Assembly: GCA_963716725.1 (NCBI GenBank)
Contig: CAVQUB010000008.1
Location: 192,001-256,000 of the forward strand
DNA length: 64,000 nt
Direction: 5' to 3'
Origin: an uncultured delta proteobacterium
Lineage (GTDB): Bacteria > Myxococcota_A > Polyangia > Polyangiales > Polyangiaceae
In this document: positions 10,275 through 20,649 of the stretch, piece after piece
Layout: every line of letters starts with the position of its first letter
Numbering within the stretch: the first letter of the stretch is position 1
Translations under genes and position numbers: made by a program
The notes under the pieces: model-generated
Told to the model about the DNA's origin: nothing
The model's database searches: none
What the model saw: only the letters and a program-made list of their open reading frames with translations

Positions 10275-11396
10275 TCACCAGGGTTTCGCGATGCGCATCA
10301 CGCTGCCGTCGTGCTGGGTGCAGGCTTGCACGCCCTGGGTCCCGCGGTTCAGCCAATAGACGTGCGTCGCGTCGAGGGCGACCTTGCGTGGATCGCGCTG
10401 AGCTTGAGCCAGAGCCGTGACCTTCTTGCCCTCGAGATCGGCCGCCATCACCGCGCCGTCGGTGAACTGCGACGGAGTGCCGGCCTCGACCCAGTAAATG
10501 CCCTTGGCGTCCACCGCCACGTCGCTCGGAGTGGGTCGTCCCGAAACCAGCGTGATCTGCTCGCTGCCATCGAGCCGGGCCCGACGGATCGTCCCGTCGC
10601 TCGAGTTCGCCCAGTACAAGTGAACCGCGCTCGCGGTGATGCCGCGGGGGCGACTCTGGTCCTTGGCGAGCTCCGCATATCCGGCGCCCGTGATGTCCGC
10701 GCCCGAGACGGTCCCGGTGGTGTTGCTGATGCCGCTGATGGTGAGGTAGAACTTGGTGCCAACGAGGGCGACGTCCACGGGGGACTCGAGCCCCACGACG
10801 ACGGCGATGCCGCCCGCCGTGCCGCCGTCGAGGTAGCGGCGGCGGAGCTCACCGTCGCTGGAGCCAGCCGCGCCCGCATTGACCCAGAACAGCGAGGTGT
10901 CGTCGATGGCGAGGGCGCGTGGAAACCCCTGTGAGGTGGCGAAAGTCTCGGGAGTGCTCGCCTGCGAGGGCAAGCGCCACACGCTGTCGTCACCCACGGT
11001 CGCCCAGAACACGTCACCGGTGAGCGAGTCGATCTCCACGGCGGCCGGCGAGTGCTGCCCGGTCGCCAAGGTCACGACGCACGCACCCGCGTCGTCGCTG
11101 CACCCCGCGGCCGGCATGGTGGCAACCACGCCGTCCTTGCCGCTGTTCTGCAGCGACCCTTGATCGACCCACAGCACGCTCCCGCCCGAGACGCGCAGAT
11201 CCGACGGGCAGTCGCGACCGGCGGCGAGCACCTGCGCCGACGCTCCGCCAGCGTCCGTCGGCGCGTCGGGCGTCGAATCCGCACTCGCATCGGTGGCGCC
11301 GCCCGTGCCGGAATCCGCGGGCGACTCGCCCACGGGATCCCCCGTGCAGGCGCCGACCGCGAGGGCTGCGGCCAGCGCCCAGCTCAGCGCCCGCAC
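10275..11396 (-). CDS. Beta-propeller lipoprotein (YW-repeat type)
   Basis: LAVGAC lipobox; repeats of P..[IL]A.D...[VL][YF]W. Confidence 0.75.
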   Translation of the reverse strand: MRALSWALAAALAVGACTGDPVGESPADSGTGGATDASADSTPDAPTDAGGASAQVLAAGRDCPSDLRVSGGSVLWVDQGSLQNSGKDGVVATMPAAGCSDDAGACVVTLATGQHSPAAVEIDSLTGDVFWATVGDDSVWRLPSQASTPETFATSQGFPRALAIDDTSLFWVNAGAAGSSDGELRRRYLDGGTAGGIAVVVGLESPVDVALVGTKFYLTISGISNTTGTVSGADITGAGYAELAKDQSRPRGITASAVHLYWANSSDGTIRRARLDGSEQITLVSGRPTPSDVAVDAKGIYWVEAGTPSQFTDGAVMAADLEGKKVTALAQAQRDPRKVALDATHVYWLNRGTQGVQACTQHDGSVMRIAKPW

Positions 11397-11406
11397 AGCG
11401 GATAGC

Positions 11407-13536
11407 TCACTTGCACTGGCTCTCCCAGGTCTCCTGGCAGCGATCCTCTTCCTTGGGATCGTTGTCCACAGCGTCGTTGCAGTTGCACGCGCCCTTGCAG
11501 TACCAGCTGATCTTGCCGGTGCGGAAGAACTCGTTCTGCTGGTCGAAGGACGCATTCAGATCGCGCACGCGATCGTGGGGATCGCAGCCGTCGGCTGCCG
11601 GAATGTTGCTGGCGGGCAGGGGCTTCAGGCCAAAGTCGTACTCGACCAGCGCCGATTGATCCTGCAGGGGCGCCTTCTTCTGAGCGATCCCGTAGTAGTC
11701 GTCGAACACCGGCTGGGCCGCGTCGTCAGATGCCAGCTGAACCGCGCCGATGGTCCTGGCCATGACGTGTGCGCCGAAAGGCGTCACCTGGTGGTCACCG
11801 CGGGCGATGTGCATGAGCACGTGGTGCGCTGGGGTGTTGGGCAGGAGATCTTCGGTCATGTACGGCGTGAGCCCGCCGGGCTCGACGCGGTCCCAAGCCA
11901 TCTGCAGGGCTCCGAGCATGAGCTGCACCGAGACGCCGTTGAAGTTGAAGCCCGACTCGAGCATGAGCTCGTAGGCCGGCCAGTCGAAGCTCCGGTTCAG
12001 AACCAAGTTGTAGGACATGCCCGTCTCACCCAAGAGGCCGCGCGTCACGTCCGTGCTGACGGACATGTACGTGGCGCCCATGATGCCGCCCTGACTGTCG
12101 CCGCGGTAGGCGCGCACGCCGGCGTCGATCCAAGCGGGGTCCAGCACCAGAGTGCCGCTCGTATCCTTGATGCCCTCCTTGGCGATGCGCCCCTTCATCA
12201 TGCGCATGACCATCAGCTGATTGACCATGCCCTGGATCTGCCGCTCGGTCAGGCTCTTGAGGCCCTCGAACCTGCCGAGCAAGGTGTCGATGGCGCGCGT
12301 GACGTCGTTCTCGTCGAAGCCGAACAGATTGGTCGAGAAGGCGATCCATTGATTTCGATTGGCCGCGCGCGCCAGGTACCCACCTTGGCCCTCGAAGCGG
12401 CTGCCGAAGAGCCCATGAGCGTTCTGGAGCAGCCCGTGTTTCTTGCCCGACTGCACGCTCTTCGGGACCAGGATCAGCACGTCCCACTCCATCGTTCCGT
12501 TCTGCTCGACGTCGCCCGCGGCGTTGATGTTCAGCCGATCCAGTGGCTTCTTCTTGTCGTAGCTGGTCGAGGCGCTGGTCAGGTAGACCGGCACGGTCAT
12601 CACCAGGTGAATGCGCCGGATCAGCTCGGTGCTGTCCGTCAGCTCCTCGACTTCTTTCAGCTTGAAGGTCGGGCCGTCGTCGCCGACGACCGCGAGGGCC
12701 TTGTCCCGCATCTGGACGATCCAGCGCGAGATGTTGTCTTTGCTGGCGGTGGTGTAGTCCCAGGCGATCTGCAGGTCCTTCCGATCCACCCCGGCCTTAT
12801 CGAGTTCGCTGAAGATTTCTTGGTAGAGTCCGTGGCGCGAATGCACGCTCCACTTCTCGGCGGCCGTGCCATTGGCCAGGAGCTGGCCTTCGCGGATGGC
12901 CTTGAAGACTTTGCTCGGCGGGATCACCTTGTCGTTGACGTCCTCGACGTTCCGGATGGCGACGATGTAGCGCGTGTCGTCCTTCAGGCGCTCCGCCGGA
13001 CGGATCATCAGCAATCGGTGATCGGGCAGGTCGTCGAGGCCGTTGTTGTCGGTGCTCATGTCGAGATCGACCCAATGGGGTACCTTGCGGCCCGTGGAGA
13101 CTTCGAGCAGCACGGTGGGGTGATCTGCCTCCAGCGACTTCTCGATGCTGTACGGAGTCGCGCAGGCCGCGCACTTTGCCAGCGGCAGGTGGGTCATCGG
13201 GCCCTGGCTGGGCGAAAAGCCGTCGTGGTCGTAGAACAGCTCTGGCGGAGCGTGCAGATCGTCTTGGCGTGCCGGCAGCGTGGTGGGGCCGAAGCTCACG
13301 CGCTTTCCGTTGGCGTGCTTCCCGTCCGGATCGTCGCCCAGGTAGACATTCGAGGGGAAGGGCAGCCCGCAGTGCGTGGGCACCATCGGATCGCAGTCGT
13401 CGCCGAGCAGCGGAACAGCGCTCTGGGGCTGCTTCGGGATCTCGGTCCCGCCCTCTTCGTCGTCACCGCAGCCTGAGGCGAGCAGTCCGAACAACACAGC
13501 ACCGAGCGCGAGATAACGAGAGCGAAGCAAGTCCAT
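11407..13536 (-). CDS. Lipoprotein alpha/beta-hydrolase (lipase/esterase-like) with N-terminal Ig-like region
   Basis: LASGC lipobox; PFPSN and DGFS in the N-domain; HGLFG; nucleophile elbow GDSQGG; candidate Asp (GDHQV) and His (DPHD). Confidence 0.75.
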   Translation of the reverse strand: MDLLRSRYLALGAVLFGLLASGCGDDEEGGTEIPKQPQSAVPLLGDDCDPMVPTHCGLPFPSNVYLGDDPDGKHANGKRVSFGPTTLPARQDDLHAPPELFYDHDGFSPSQGPMTHLPLAKCAACATPYSIEKSLEADHPTVLLEVSTGRKVPHWVDLDMSTDNNGLDDLPDHRLLMIRPAERLKDDTRYIVAIRNVEDVNDKVIPPSKVFKAIREGQLLANGTAAEKWSVHSRHGLYQEIFSELDKAGVDRKDLQIAWDYTTASKDNISRWIVQMRDKALAVVGDDGPTFKLKEVEELTDSTELIRRIHLVMTVPVYLTSASTSYDKKKPLDRLNINAAGDVEQNGTMEWDVLILVPKSVQSGKKHGLLQNAHGLFGSRFEGQGGYLARAANRNQWIAFSTNLFGFDENDVTRAIDTLLGRFEGLKSLTERQIQGMVNQLMVMRMMKGRIAKEGIKDTSGTLVLDPAWIDAGVRAYRGDSQGGIMGATYMSVSTDVTRGLLGETGMSYNLVLNRSFDWPAYELMLESGFNFNGVSVQLMLGALQMAWDRVEPGGLTPYMTEDLLPNTPAHHVLMHIARGDHQVTPFGAHVMARTIGAVQLASDDAAQPVFDDYYGIAQKKAPLQDQSALVEYDFGLKPLPASNIPAADGCDPHDRVRDLNASFDQQNEFFRTGKISWYCKGACNCNDAVDNDPKEEDRCQETWESQCK

Positions 13537-13644
13537 GGAGGCCTCCGGGGGGCCGGAAGCATATCAGCCGGCTCCGCCCAGCGCAGTGATGGAAGGCGCC
13601 TCATGGCTCGCCCGGCGGGCGGGTTGCGCTAGGATGCCGCCGCC

Positions 13645-15615
13645 GTGCCGGACCTGGACGCCAGCGTCGATTCAGAGCCTCGCCCCGAGTCCGGGCGCAG
13701 CCCGGCCGTGGTGGTCGGGGAGCCCGAGCCGCCGTGGCGATCCAAGCGCCGGAGATTGCGGCGCGCGCGCAAGGCCTTCGGCCTGTTTCTGCTCTTGGCC
13801 CCCGTGGTGGCCGTGGTGGCCATCGACGCTTCACGCAGAGCAGAGCTGCTGGGCACCTTTCAGGGTTACTACCGCTGGACCTACTTCGGCGCGGTGGTGG
13901 AGAGCCTCGTCTTGTGGGGCACCCTGCTCTACGCGGCCGCGCGGCGCAGCGGCTGGGCGCGATGGCTCGCCGCCGCGCTCTTCGTCGTGGGGATCACCTT
14001 CTCGTTCGGGGGTCAGGCCTACTTCTACTCCCAGTACCACGCCTACCTGAACGTCGACGTCTCGGTGTTCGCGTCCAACTTCATGGACAGCGTGATGAAC
14101 CAGCTCTTTGCCGACATCGGGAATTATCTGAAGGCGAAGGCTCCGCCACTCATCGCTGCCATCGTGATGTTGGTGCTCGCCCGTCGCGTGATCCGGCCCC
14201 GGCGCATCCCGGGCATCGTGGCCTGCTACGTCGCGCCCGTCCTCGTGATCGCGTCGTTCTTCATCCCGACCCAGCACCGCCACATTCAGGCAGCCACCCC
14301 CGATGTGCTTTACCTGAACGCCGTGGGTGGCTTGATCCGCACTCAACTCGGGCTCACGGACCAGTCGAACCAGCTTCGTCCCCGGGCCCGGGAGTCCCTG
14401 CCGGTCGAGACGCTCACGGGCAAGCCCCACTCGCCGCGCAACGTCGTGCTCGTGATCCTGGAGAGCGTGCGCGCGGACGCCGCCTGCATCGACCACGATC
14501 CGGAGTGCCAGCGGACTGGGGCCTCGAACCGCCTCTTGCCGAAGCGCTTTGGCCTCAACCAGATGCGCTCTCTCGACTCGTCGACGGCCATCTCACTCGC
14601 GGTGTTGTGGGCAGGGCTCTTGCCGACCGAGGACCGCGAGACGCTGCACACCTGGCCGCTGCTCTTCGACTACGCCCACGCCGCCGGGTGGGACACCGCC
14701 TACTGGACCAGCCAGAACATGATGTTCGGCAACGCTCGGCTGTGGGTGAAGAACCTGGGAGTCAGCAAGTTCATCGCCGCCACCGATCTCGACCCCACCG
14801 CCGATCTCGACATGGGCGCCCCGGAACACCTGCTCGCCGATCATGTCAACCGCGAGATCGGCGGGCTCAAAGAGCCCTTCTTCGCCGTCATTCACCTGTC
14901 GAACGTGCACTATCCCTATCACATCGACCGAGACGGGCCGCTGCCCTTCCAGCCGTGGACGACCAGCAAGGCGCCCGACGAAAACCCCTACTTCTTCAAC
15001 TACTACCAGAACTCGGTCCACCAGCAGGACCTGCACGTCGCGAAGATGCTCGAGCACCTCCGCTCGACGGAGCCCGGCAAGCGCACCGCGGTGATCTACC
15101 TGTCCGACCACGCAGAGGCGTTTCGTGAGCACGGTCAGATGGGGCACACCTTCAGCGTATTCGATGAAGAGATCCACGTGCCCGCGTGGGTGGACGCACC
15201 CGATGGCATCTTGACCGACGAGCAGGCGAAGAACCTGGCCGCCAAGAAGGACGCCTTCGTGTTTCAGGTCGACGTCGCCCCGACCGTCCTGGATCTCATG
15301 GGCCTCTGGGACGAACCGAGCATCGCCAAGTACAAGACCAAGATGCCGGGTCACAGCCTGCTTCGCCCCGAGCTCACGACCCAGGCGCTGCCGATGACGA
15401 ATTGCGCTGGCGTGTGGAGCTGTGCATTCGAGAATTGGGGCTACATGAAGCAGAACATGAAGCTCGAAGCGCGCGCCTGGGACCGAGGCTGGCACTGCTA
15501 TGACGTCGCGGCCGATCCCGAGGAGTCGAACCCTCTCCCGCTCGGCCGCTGTGGCGAGCTCGAGGGCCTGGCCATAAAGACCTTCGGACGACTGCCAGGG
15601 AAGAAGCCGGACTGA
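13645..15615 (+). CDS. Membrane-anchored sulfatase/alkaline-phosphatase-superfamily protein (LTA-synthase/phosphotransferase-like)
   Basis: About five TM helices, then NVVLVILESVRAD, HYPY, SDHAE, HVP, DVAPTVLDLMG. Confidence 0.8.
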   Translation: MPDLDASVDSEPRPESGRSPAVVVGEPEPPWRSKRRRLRRARKAFGLFLLLAPVVAVVAIDASRRAELLGTFQGYYRWTYFGAVVESLVLWGTLLYAAARRSGWARWLAAALFVVGITFSFGGQAYFYSQYHAYLNVDVSVFASNFMDSVMNQLFADIGNYLKAKAPPLIAAIVMLVLARRVIRPRRIPGIVACYVAPVLVIASFFIPTQHRHIQAATPDVLYLNAVGGLIRTQLGLTDQSNQLRPRARESLPVETLTGKPHSPRNVVLVILESVRADAACIDHDPECQRTGASNRLLPKRFGLNQMRSLDSSTAISLAVLWAGLLPTEDRETLHTWPLLFDYAHAAGWDTAYWTSQNMMFGNARLWVKNLGVSKFIAATDLDPTADLDMGAPEHLLADHVNREIGGLKEPFFAVIHLSNVHYPYHIDRDGPLPFQPWTTSKAPDENPYFFNYYQNSVHQQDLHVAKMLEHLRSTEPGKRTAVIYLSDHAEAFREHGQMGHTFSVFDEEIHVPAWVDAPDGILTDEQAKNLAAKKDAFVFQVDVAPTVLDLMGLWDEPSIAKYKTKMPGHSLLRPELTTQALPMTNCAGVWSCAFENWGYMKQNMKLEARAWDRGWHCYDVAADPEESNPLPLGRCGELEGLAIKTFGRLPGKKPD

Positions 15616-15662
15616 TCCGCGCGGCCCGCTTCGTCCTGCGCGCCGCCCGATACGAGGAGACG

Positions 15663-17213
15663 ATGACCGCCCACGAGCCCTTTCCATCGCTTCTGATTGG
15701 TCCCACGGGCATCGGCGCCCAGGGCAGCTTCGCCGAGGCCCAAGCGGCCTATCTGGATCCCGATCCCGCGGAGGTGGCCGAGCTTGGTCGCCTGCTGCGC
15801 GACAAGAACGCCGGGGTGGTCGCGCACTTCTATATGGATCCGGAGCTCCAAGGCGTGCTCGCAGCGACCGACTGGCCGCTGATCCACATCTCAGACTCCC
15901 TGGTGATGGCGGATCGCGCGGTCGAGATGGCCAAGGCGGGCGCCAAGGCCATTGTCGTGCTCGGCGTGGACTTCATGAGCGAGAACGTCCGCGCCATGCT
16001 CGACGCGGGCGGGTTCTCCGAGCTGCCGGTGTACCGCGTGGCCGACCAAGCCATCGGCTGTTCGTTGGCCGACAGCGCCGAGGCGCCCGCCTACGGCGCG
16101 TACCTGACCCTGGCCAGCAAGACACCGAAGTCGCTCCACGTCGTGTACATCAATACCAGCCTGCGCACGAAGGCCTACGCGCACTCGCTCGTGCCGACCA
16201 TCACCTGCACCTCGTCCAACGTCGTCCGGACTGTGCTCACCGCGTTTGCGCAGGTCCCGGGCCTTCACGTCTGGTTCGGTCCGGACACCTACATGGGTCA
16301 GAACCTGGCTCGGCTCTTCGCCTCACTGTGCGAGCTCAGCGACGACAAGATCCGCGCGCTTCACCCGGAACACGACCGCGCGAGCATCGCGGCGCTGCTG
16401 CCGCGCTTCCACTACTTCGAGCAGGGCAGCTGCATCGTGCACCACATGTTCGGCGCCGCCGTCGCCGAGCGCGTGCGCACCGAGTACCGAGATGCCTTCG
16501 TCACGGCGCACCTCGAGGTACCCGGTGAGATGTTCGGCGTGGCGCTCGAAGCCCAGCGACGTGACGCCGGAGTGGTTGGCTCGACCTCGGACATCTTGGG
16601 CTTCATTGGCCAGAAGGTCGACGCCGCCGCTGCCGGTGGAGCACCTGCCCATCTCCGCTTCGTGCTCGGCACCGAAGCCGGCATGATCACCAGCATCGTG
16701 CGCCGCGTGCGCCAGACGCTCCGCGAGCTCGAAGGCCGCGGCGGACCGAGCGTCGACGTCGAGATCGTCTTTCCGGTGGCCAGCGAAGCGGTGGCCCTGA
16801 CCGGCGAGGCGGAGCTCGCCATCGTTCCCGGAGTCGCCGGCGGGGAGGGCTGCAGCACCGAAGGCGGCTGCGCCACCTGCCCGTACATGAAGATGAACAG
16901 CCTCGACGCTCTGCTGAGCGTGCTTGGTCGCGTCGACGTCGGCGCGCGCGCGTTGCTCGCGGGCCACGAGCCCAAGCACTACGCGGACACCATCGCCGGC
17001 AAGACCATGGCCGAGCTGGGTGGGCAGCCCATTTTGCACATGCGCGGCCTTGGAAAGCTGGGGCGCCTGCCAGATGCCCTGGTCGCCGACGTGCTCTCCC
17101 GGACGCCTGAAATCGCCCGTGTGACCGCCGCGCTGGGTCTCTTGCCCACATCAACCCCGCCGGTGCTCCCCGGTGCGCGGGAGTGCTCTCCAGTCGGGAC
17201 GCCACGCACTTAA
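15663..17213 (+). CDS. nadA: Quinolinate synthase NadA
   Basis: VAHFYMD, SDSL, GVDFMSE, GCSLA, VYINTS, CTSSN, CIVH, AHLE, GTE, CPYMKMNSL (three Fe-S Cys). Confidence 0.92.
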   Translation: MTAHEPFPSLLIGPTGIGAQGSFAEAQAAYLDPDPAEVAELGRLLRDKNAGVVAHFYMDPELQGVLAATDWPLIHISDSLVMADRAVEMAKAGAKAIVVLGVDFMSENVRAMLDAGGFSELPVYRVADQAIGCSLADSAEAPAYGAYLTLASKTPKSLHVVYINTSLRTKAYAHSLVPTITCTSSNVVRTVLTAFAQVPGLHVWFGPDTYMGQNLARLFASLCELSDDKIRALHPEHDRASIAALLPRFHYFEQGSCIVHHMFGAAVAERVRTEYRDAFVTAHLEVPGEMFGVALEAQRRDAGVVGSTSDILGFIGQKVDAAAAGGAPAHLRFVLGTEAGMITSIVRRVRQTLRELEGRGGPSVDVEIVFPVASEAVALTGEAELAIVPGVAGGEGCSTEGGCATCPYMKMNSLDALLSVLGRVDVGARALLAGHEPKHYADTIAGKTMAELGGQPILHMRGLGKLGRLPDALVADVLSRTPEIARVTAALGLLPTSTPPVLPGARECSPVGTPRT

Positions 17214-17278
17214 TTGACCGTGGCTTTGTCCGAGAAGCTTGCCGGGAGGTTTGCGTCCGGGCATTCTGTTTTCTAGAA

Positions 17279-17680
17279 GTGGCCAATTTTCGCCTAGCCG
17301 TCGGATTCCTGATCCTCGCCGTGAGTTCTCCAGCTCTCGCGGAGGAGACCCAGCACCGCTTCCAGGCGCCGTCCACCGAACTGCCGCAGAGCCTGCGACT
17401 GCCCGCCAGCGTGCTGGCCGAGGTCGGCGCCGGCAGGGACCAGGGGCCGCCCCGCAAAAAGCCCAAGCGCACGCGGCCGGACTGCAACCAGAACGGCTGC
17501 GGGTACAAAGCGTTGCTTGGTGGCATCACCATCGCCAAGGACATCCAGGCGAGCGAGGACGTGTCCGTGAGGGTGATCCCGACCAACGACTCCCTCGGCG
17601 GGGCCGAGGCGAGCACGCGGATCCTGGTGCGTGCCCGCGTCGACGGCCAGTACGGCCTGCACCTGCGCGCTAAGTTCTGA
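17279..17680 (+). CDS. Small secreted hypothetical protein
   Basis: Signal peptide ending SSPALA; C-terminal amphipathic strand ending in F. Confidence 0.5.
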   Translation: MANFRLAVGFLILAVSSPALAEETQHRFQAPSTELPQSLRLPASVLAEVGAGRDQGPPRKKPKRTRPDCNQNGCGYKALLGGITIAKDIQASEDVSVRVIPTNDSLGGAEASTRILVRARVDGQYGLHLRAKF

Positions 17681-17704
17681 AGAAAAGTTTCGCCCGCTGC
17701 CTAA

Positions 17705-17721
17705 CGCGGCAGAAAGCCGCG
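17705..17721. terminator. Hairpin between convergent genes
   Basis: CGCGGC-AGAAA-GCCGCG stem-loop; no clear U-tract. Confidence 0.25.
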
Positions 17722-17790
17722 AATCAGCATCCCATCCCCAACCTCCCCGAAGCTGGCTCCGTGGTAGGTCGGCGGGCGTCTGCGCATGGT

Positions 17791-19393
17791 TCAGCCGCCG
17801 CCGGGAGCACGTAGGAAAGGCGCGTACAGCGCGTCGGTCACGGCATGCACGCGGGCTTCGTCGCGCACCGAGCGAGCAAGCTCGTCGAGGTGCTGCTCGG
17901 TCTCGATCAACAGATCCTCGGCGGCGTGTCGAGCCAGGCCGATCTCGTCGGGTCGCGCTTGGGCTCGCAACAGACAACCGAGCGCGGCGGTGAGCGCCAC
18001 GTTGGCCCGCGCTACCGCTTGCAGCACGAGCTGGCGGCGAACCACGCTGACGCCGTGCTCGGCGCGGACGCTGAGCGTCGCGTCTTTGAAGCGAGCGCGG
18101 AGTGCGTTCCACGTTTTCGCCTCGTGCTCGAGGGGGCCGGGCAGCGAGAGCACCAGGTCGGCCGGCGAGGGTTTCCTGCCCAGCACCGCCGCGCCGCCCC
18201 GGACCAACAGCACGTCGTTGGCTCCCTCGAAGATGCGCGTGATGCGGCAGTCCCGCGCCAGCCGCGCGACGCCCGTGGGCTCGATGAAACCGAGCGCGCC
18301 GTGGAGCTGGATGGAACGGTCGCAGAATCTCGAAGCTCGCCTCGGAGCACAGCACCTTCGCCGCCAGCGACAGCTCGTCGATGACCTGGCCCGCCGCCAG
18401 TGCGTGGCCGACCCAACGCACCAGCGTCTCGCTGGCGTAGAGCCGACTGGCCATGCGAGCCACGTGGGCTCGCGAAGCGGTGAATTCACCGATGGGTCGA
18501 TTGAACTGCTGGCGCGAGGTCACGTGCGAAAGAGCGAGACCCAGCGCGGCGCGAGAAATGCCAACGCAGCCTGCCGCCATCAGCGTGCGACCCCAGGACA
18601 GCGCGGCGTGCGCCTGATCGATGCCTCGGCCGGCCTCGCCGAGGATCATCGAGCGCGGGACGGTGGCTCCGTCGAAGGTCACGGTGACGGTGGACGAACC
18701 GCGGATGCCGAGCTTGTCTTCCTCGGGACCCACGGCCACCCCCGCCGTCTCGCGGGGCACGAGAACCAGGGAGTGGGCCCGCACTCCGCCGAGCCCCGGC
18801 GTGCGTGCGAGTACCGTGTAGCAGCCGGCGAAACCGCCGTTGGTCACGTAGACCTTTTCGCCGTCGAGGCGGATGCCGTCGTCGACGAGCGATCCCGTGG
18901 TGCGAATGCCAGTCAGATCGGAGCCCGCCTCGGCCTCGGTGGCGGCGAACGCCGCGATGCGCGCGCCGCTGACGATCTCGGGGAACATGGAGCTTTGCAG
19001 CTCGGCGTTGCCGAGTTCGACCAGGGGACGCACCCCGAGCCCCGAGTGGAGCCCAATCATGATGGCGGTCGAACGTTCGATGGCCGCGAGATCTGCCACC
19101 ACGGCGCAGGCCGCCTTGAGGGAGAAGCCGGCTCCGCCGTGCTGCTCGGGCACGGTCAGCCCAAACAGGCCGGCGTCGGCCACGGCCTGGCGGAGCGCGA
19201 CCGGGATCTCGCCTTCGCGATCGATGCGAGCAGCGTCCGCGAGGCTCGCGACCAGCCGAACACTCTCGGAGCGCACCAGCGGCAGCGCTTCGGCTTCGGC
19301 AGCCGTCGCGTGCGCCACCGACAGCCCTTGGCCCAGGACGTCAGCCTGGGCGAGTCCGACGGCGATGGGCTCAGGAGGCAGCGCTGTCGCCAC
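17791..19393 (-). CDS. Acyl-CoA/acyl-ACP dehydrogenase (frameshift near 18326)
   Basis: GLTVPEQHGG, FAATEAEAGSD, GEKVYVTNG, KLGIRGS, RQQF; second frame CDRSIQLHGALG...RIFEGAN (catalytic Glu). Confidence 0.88.
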
Positions 19394-19646
19394 GCTGCTC
19401 CAGGGTGACCCGGTTCACGAAGGCACAGGCGTCGTCGACGGTGGCAAGCTCCATGGCCTCGTCCAGCTCGATATCGACGTCCAGCTCGTCGCTGATGCAC
19501 GAGAGCAGCTCGAGACTCGCGAGGGAGTCCATGCCGAGGTCTTCGCGCAGCCGATCGCTGCCCTTGATCTTGTCGGCGTCGAGCTTCAGAATTTTTGCGA
19601 CCATTGCGATCACACGATCGCGGCTCAGTGCGTCAGGCGTGCTCAT
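19371..19646 (-). CDS. Acyl carrier protein
   Basis: EDLGMDSL phosphopantetheine motif; 91 aa, acidic. Confidence 0.92.
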   Translation of the reverse strand: MSTPDALSRDRVIAMVAKILKLDADKIKGSDRLREDLGMDSLASLELLSCISDELDVDIELDEAMELATVDDACAFVNRVTLEQRGDSAAS

Positions 19647-20649
19647 GATTACTCCGTGATTGTAGCGGCGGGACTAGCTTGAGCCGCGAAAACCAAGCGT
19701 GCGCGCGGTCCAAGGCGTCGTCCAGCGGTGTGAAGGCAATGCCGAGATCTCGCTCGGCGCAGGCGTTTGATACGGCTTGCCCGCTGGTGATCAGGTCGAC
19801 CATCTCGCGCGGCACGGCGACGCGCTCGCGCTTGGGCGCGGCGGCGCGCTCGTCGGCCTCGGCGCGGTTCCGCGCTTCTTCGGCCTCGAGCTCGAGGGTC
19901 GGCACCTGTCCGCCGAAGCGGCTGGCCACGCGCTCGAGCAGCGTGCGGATCTGGATGTCGTGGCCGCCCAGGCAGTAGCGCGAGCGCGGCTGGGCGCGCG
20001 CAGCGCGAACGTGCGCCAAGGCGACGTCCCCGACATCGACGATGTTCACGGTGCCGTTCACCATCCACGGCAGCGCGCCGCGCACGACGCCGACGATGAA
20101 GGCGCCGCTGCCCACGCGGACGTCGTTGGGCCCGATGCAGCCGCCGGGCAACAGGGAGACCACCGGAAGTCCGCGATCGCACGCGGCCTCCACTTCTTGT
20201 TCCATGGCCCACTTCACGGCGCGGTACACGCTGCCTTCGGGCATGCTTGGCATCACGTCGCGCTCGTCTGCAACGCGACCCGCGGGCGCCGCTCCGAGCG
20301 TCGCGATGGTCGAGGTGTAGACGAAGCGCTCGACGCCGGCGGCCAGAGCCGCGTCGCAGGCGTTCTTCACCCCGGGCACGCCCTGGGCGATGGCGTCCGC
20401 GAGGTCGAGGGAGTAGCGCGGGTAGTATGCGCCGGTCAAAAACACCGTGTCGCAGCCGTCCATGGCGCGACGCAGCGCCTCGGGCTCTTCGAGCGACGCC
20501 GGTGCCCGCTCCACCTTGCGCTTTCGCAGCAGCAGAGTCGCGCTGCCCGGTCGCGTGGTCACGCGCACCTGCACGCCCTCCGCCAGGAGCGCGTCCACCA
20601 CGTTCACTCCGATGAACCCGGTAGCTCCGATGACCAGCGCCCGCTTCAC
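19633..20649 (-). CDS. NAD-dependent epimerase/dehydratase (extended SDR)
   Basis: GATGFIG, YTST, YRAVK (YxxxK), VDVGDVALAH; GTG overlaps the FAAL stop. Confidence 0.88.
   Translation of the reverse strand: MKRALVIGATGFIGVNVVDALLAEGVQVRVTTRPGSATLLLRKRKVERAPASLEEPEALRRAMDGCDTVFLTGAYYPRYSLDLADAIAQGVPGVKNACDAALAAGVERFVYTSTIATLGAAPAGRVADERDVMPSMPEGSVYRAVKWAMEQEVEAACDRGLPVVSLLPGGCIGPNDVRVGSGAFIVGVVRGALPWMVNGTVNIVDVGDVALAHVRAARAQPRSRYCLGGHDIQIRTLLERVASRFGGQVPTLELEAEEARNRAEADERAAAPKRERVAVPREMVDLITSGQAVSNACAERDLGIAFTPLDDALDRAHAWFSRLKLVPPLQSRSNHEHA

Noticed and set aside
11293..13476. 727-aa plus-strand ORF and similar long antisense ORFs (2007..4214, 30986..32857, 33993..35783, 61151..63286)
   Set aside because: Stop-poor shadows expected in high-GC DNA, lying opposite genes with clear motifs.
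19633..20649. hpnA / hopanoid cluster
   Set aside because: SDR similarity only; no squalene or hopene genes nearby.
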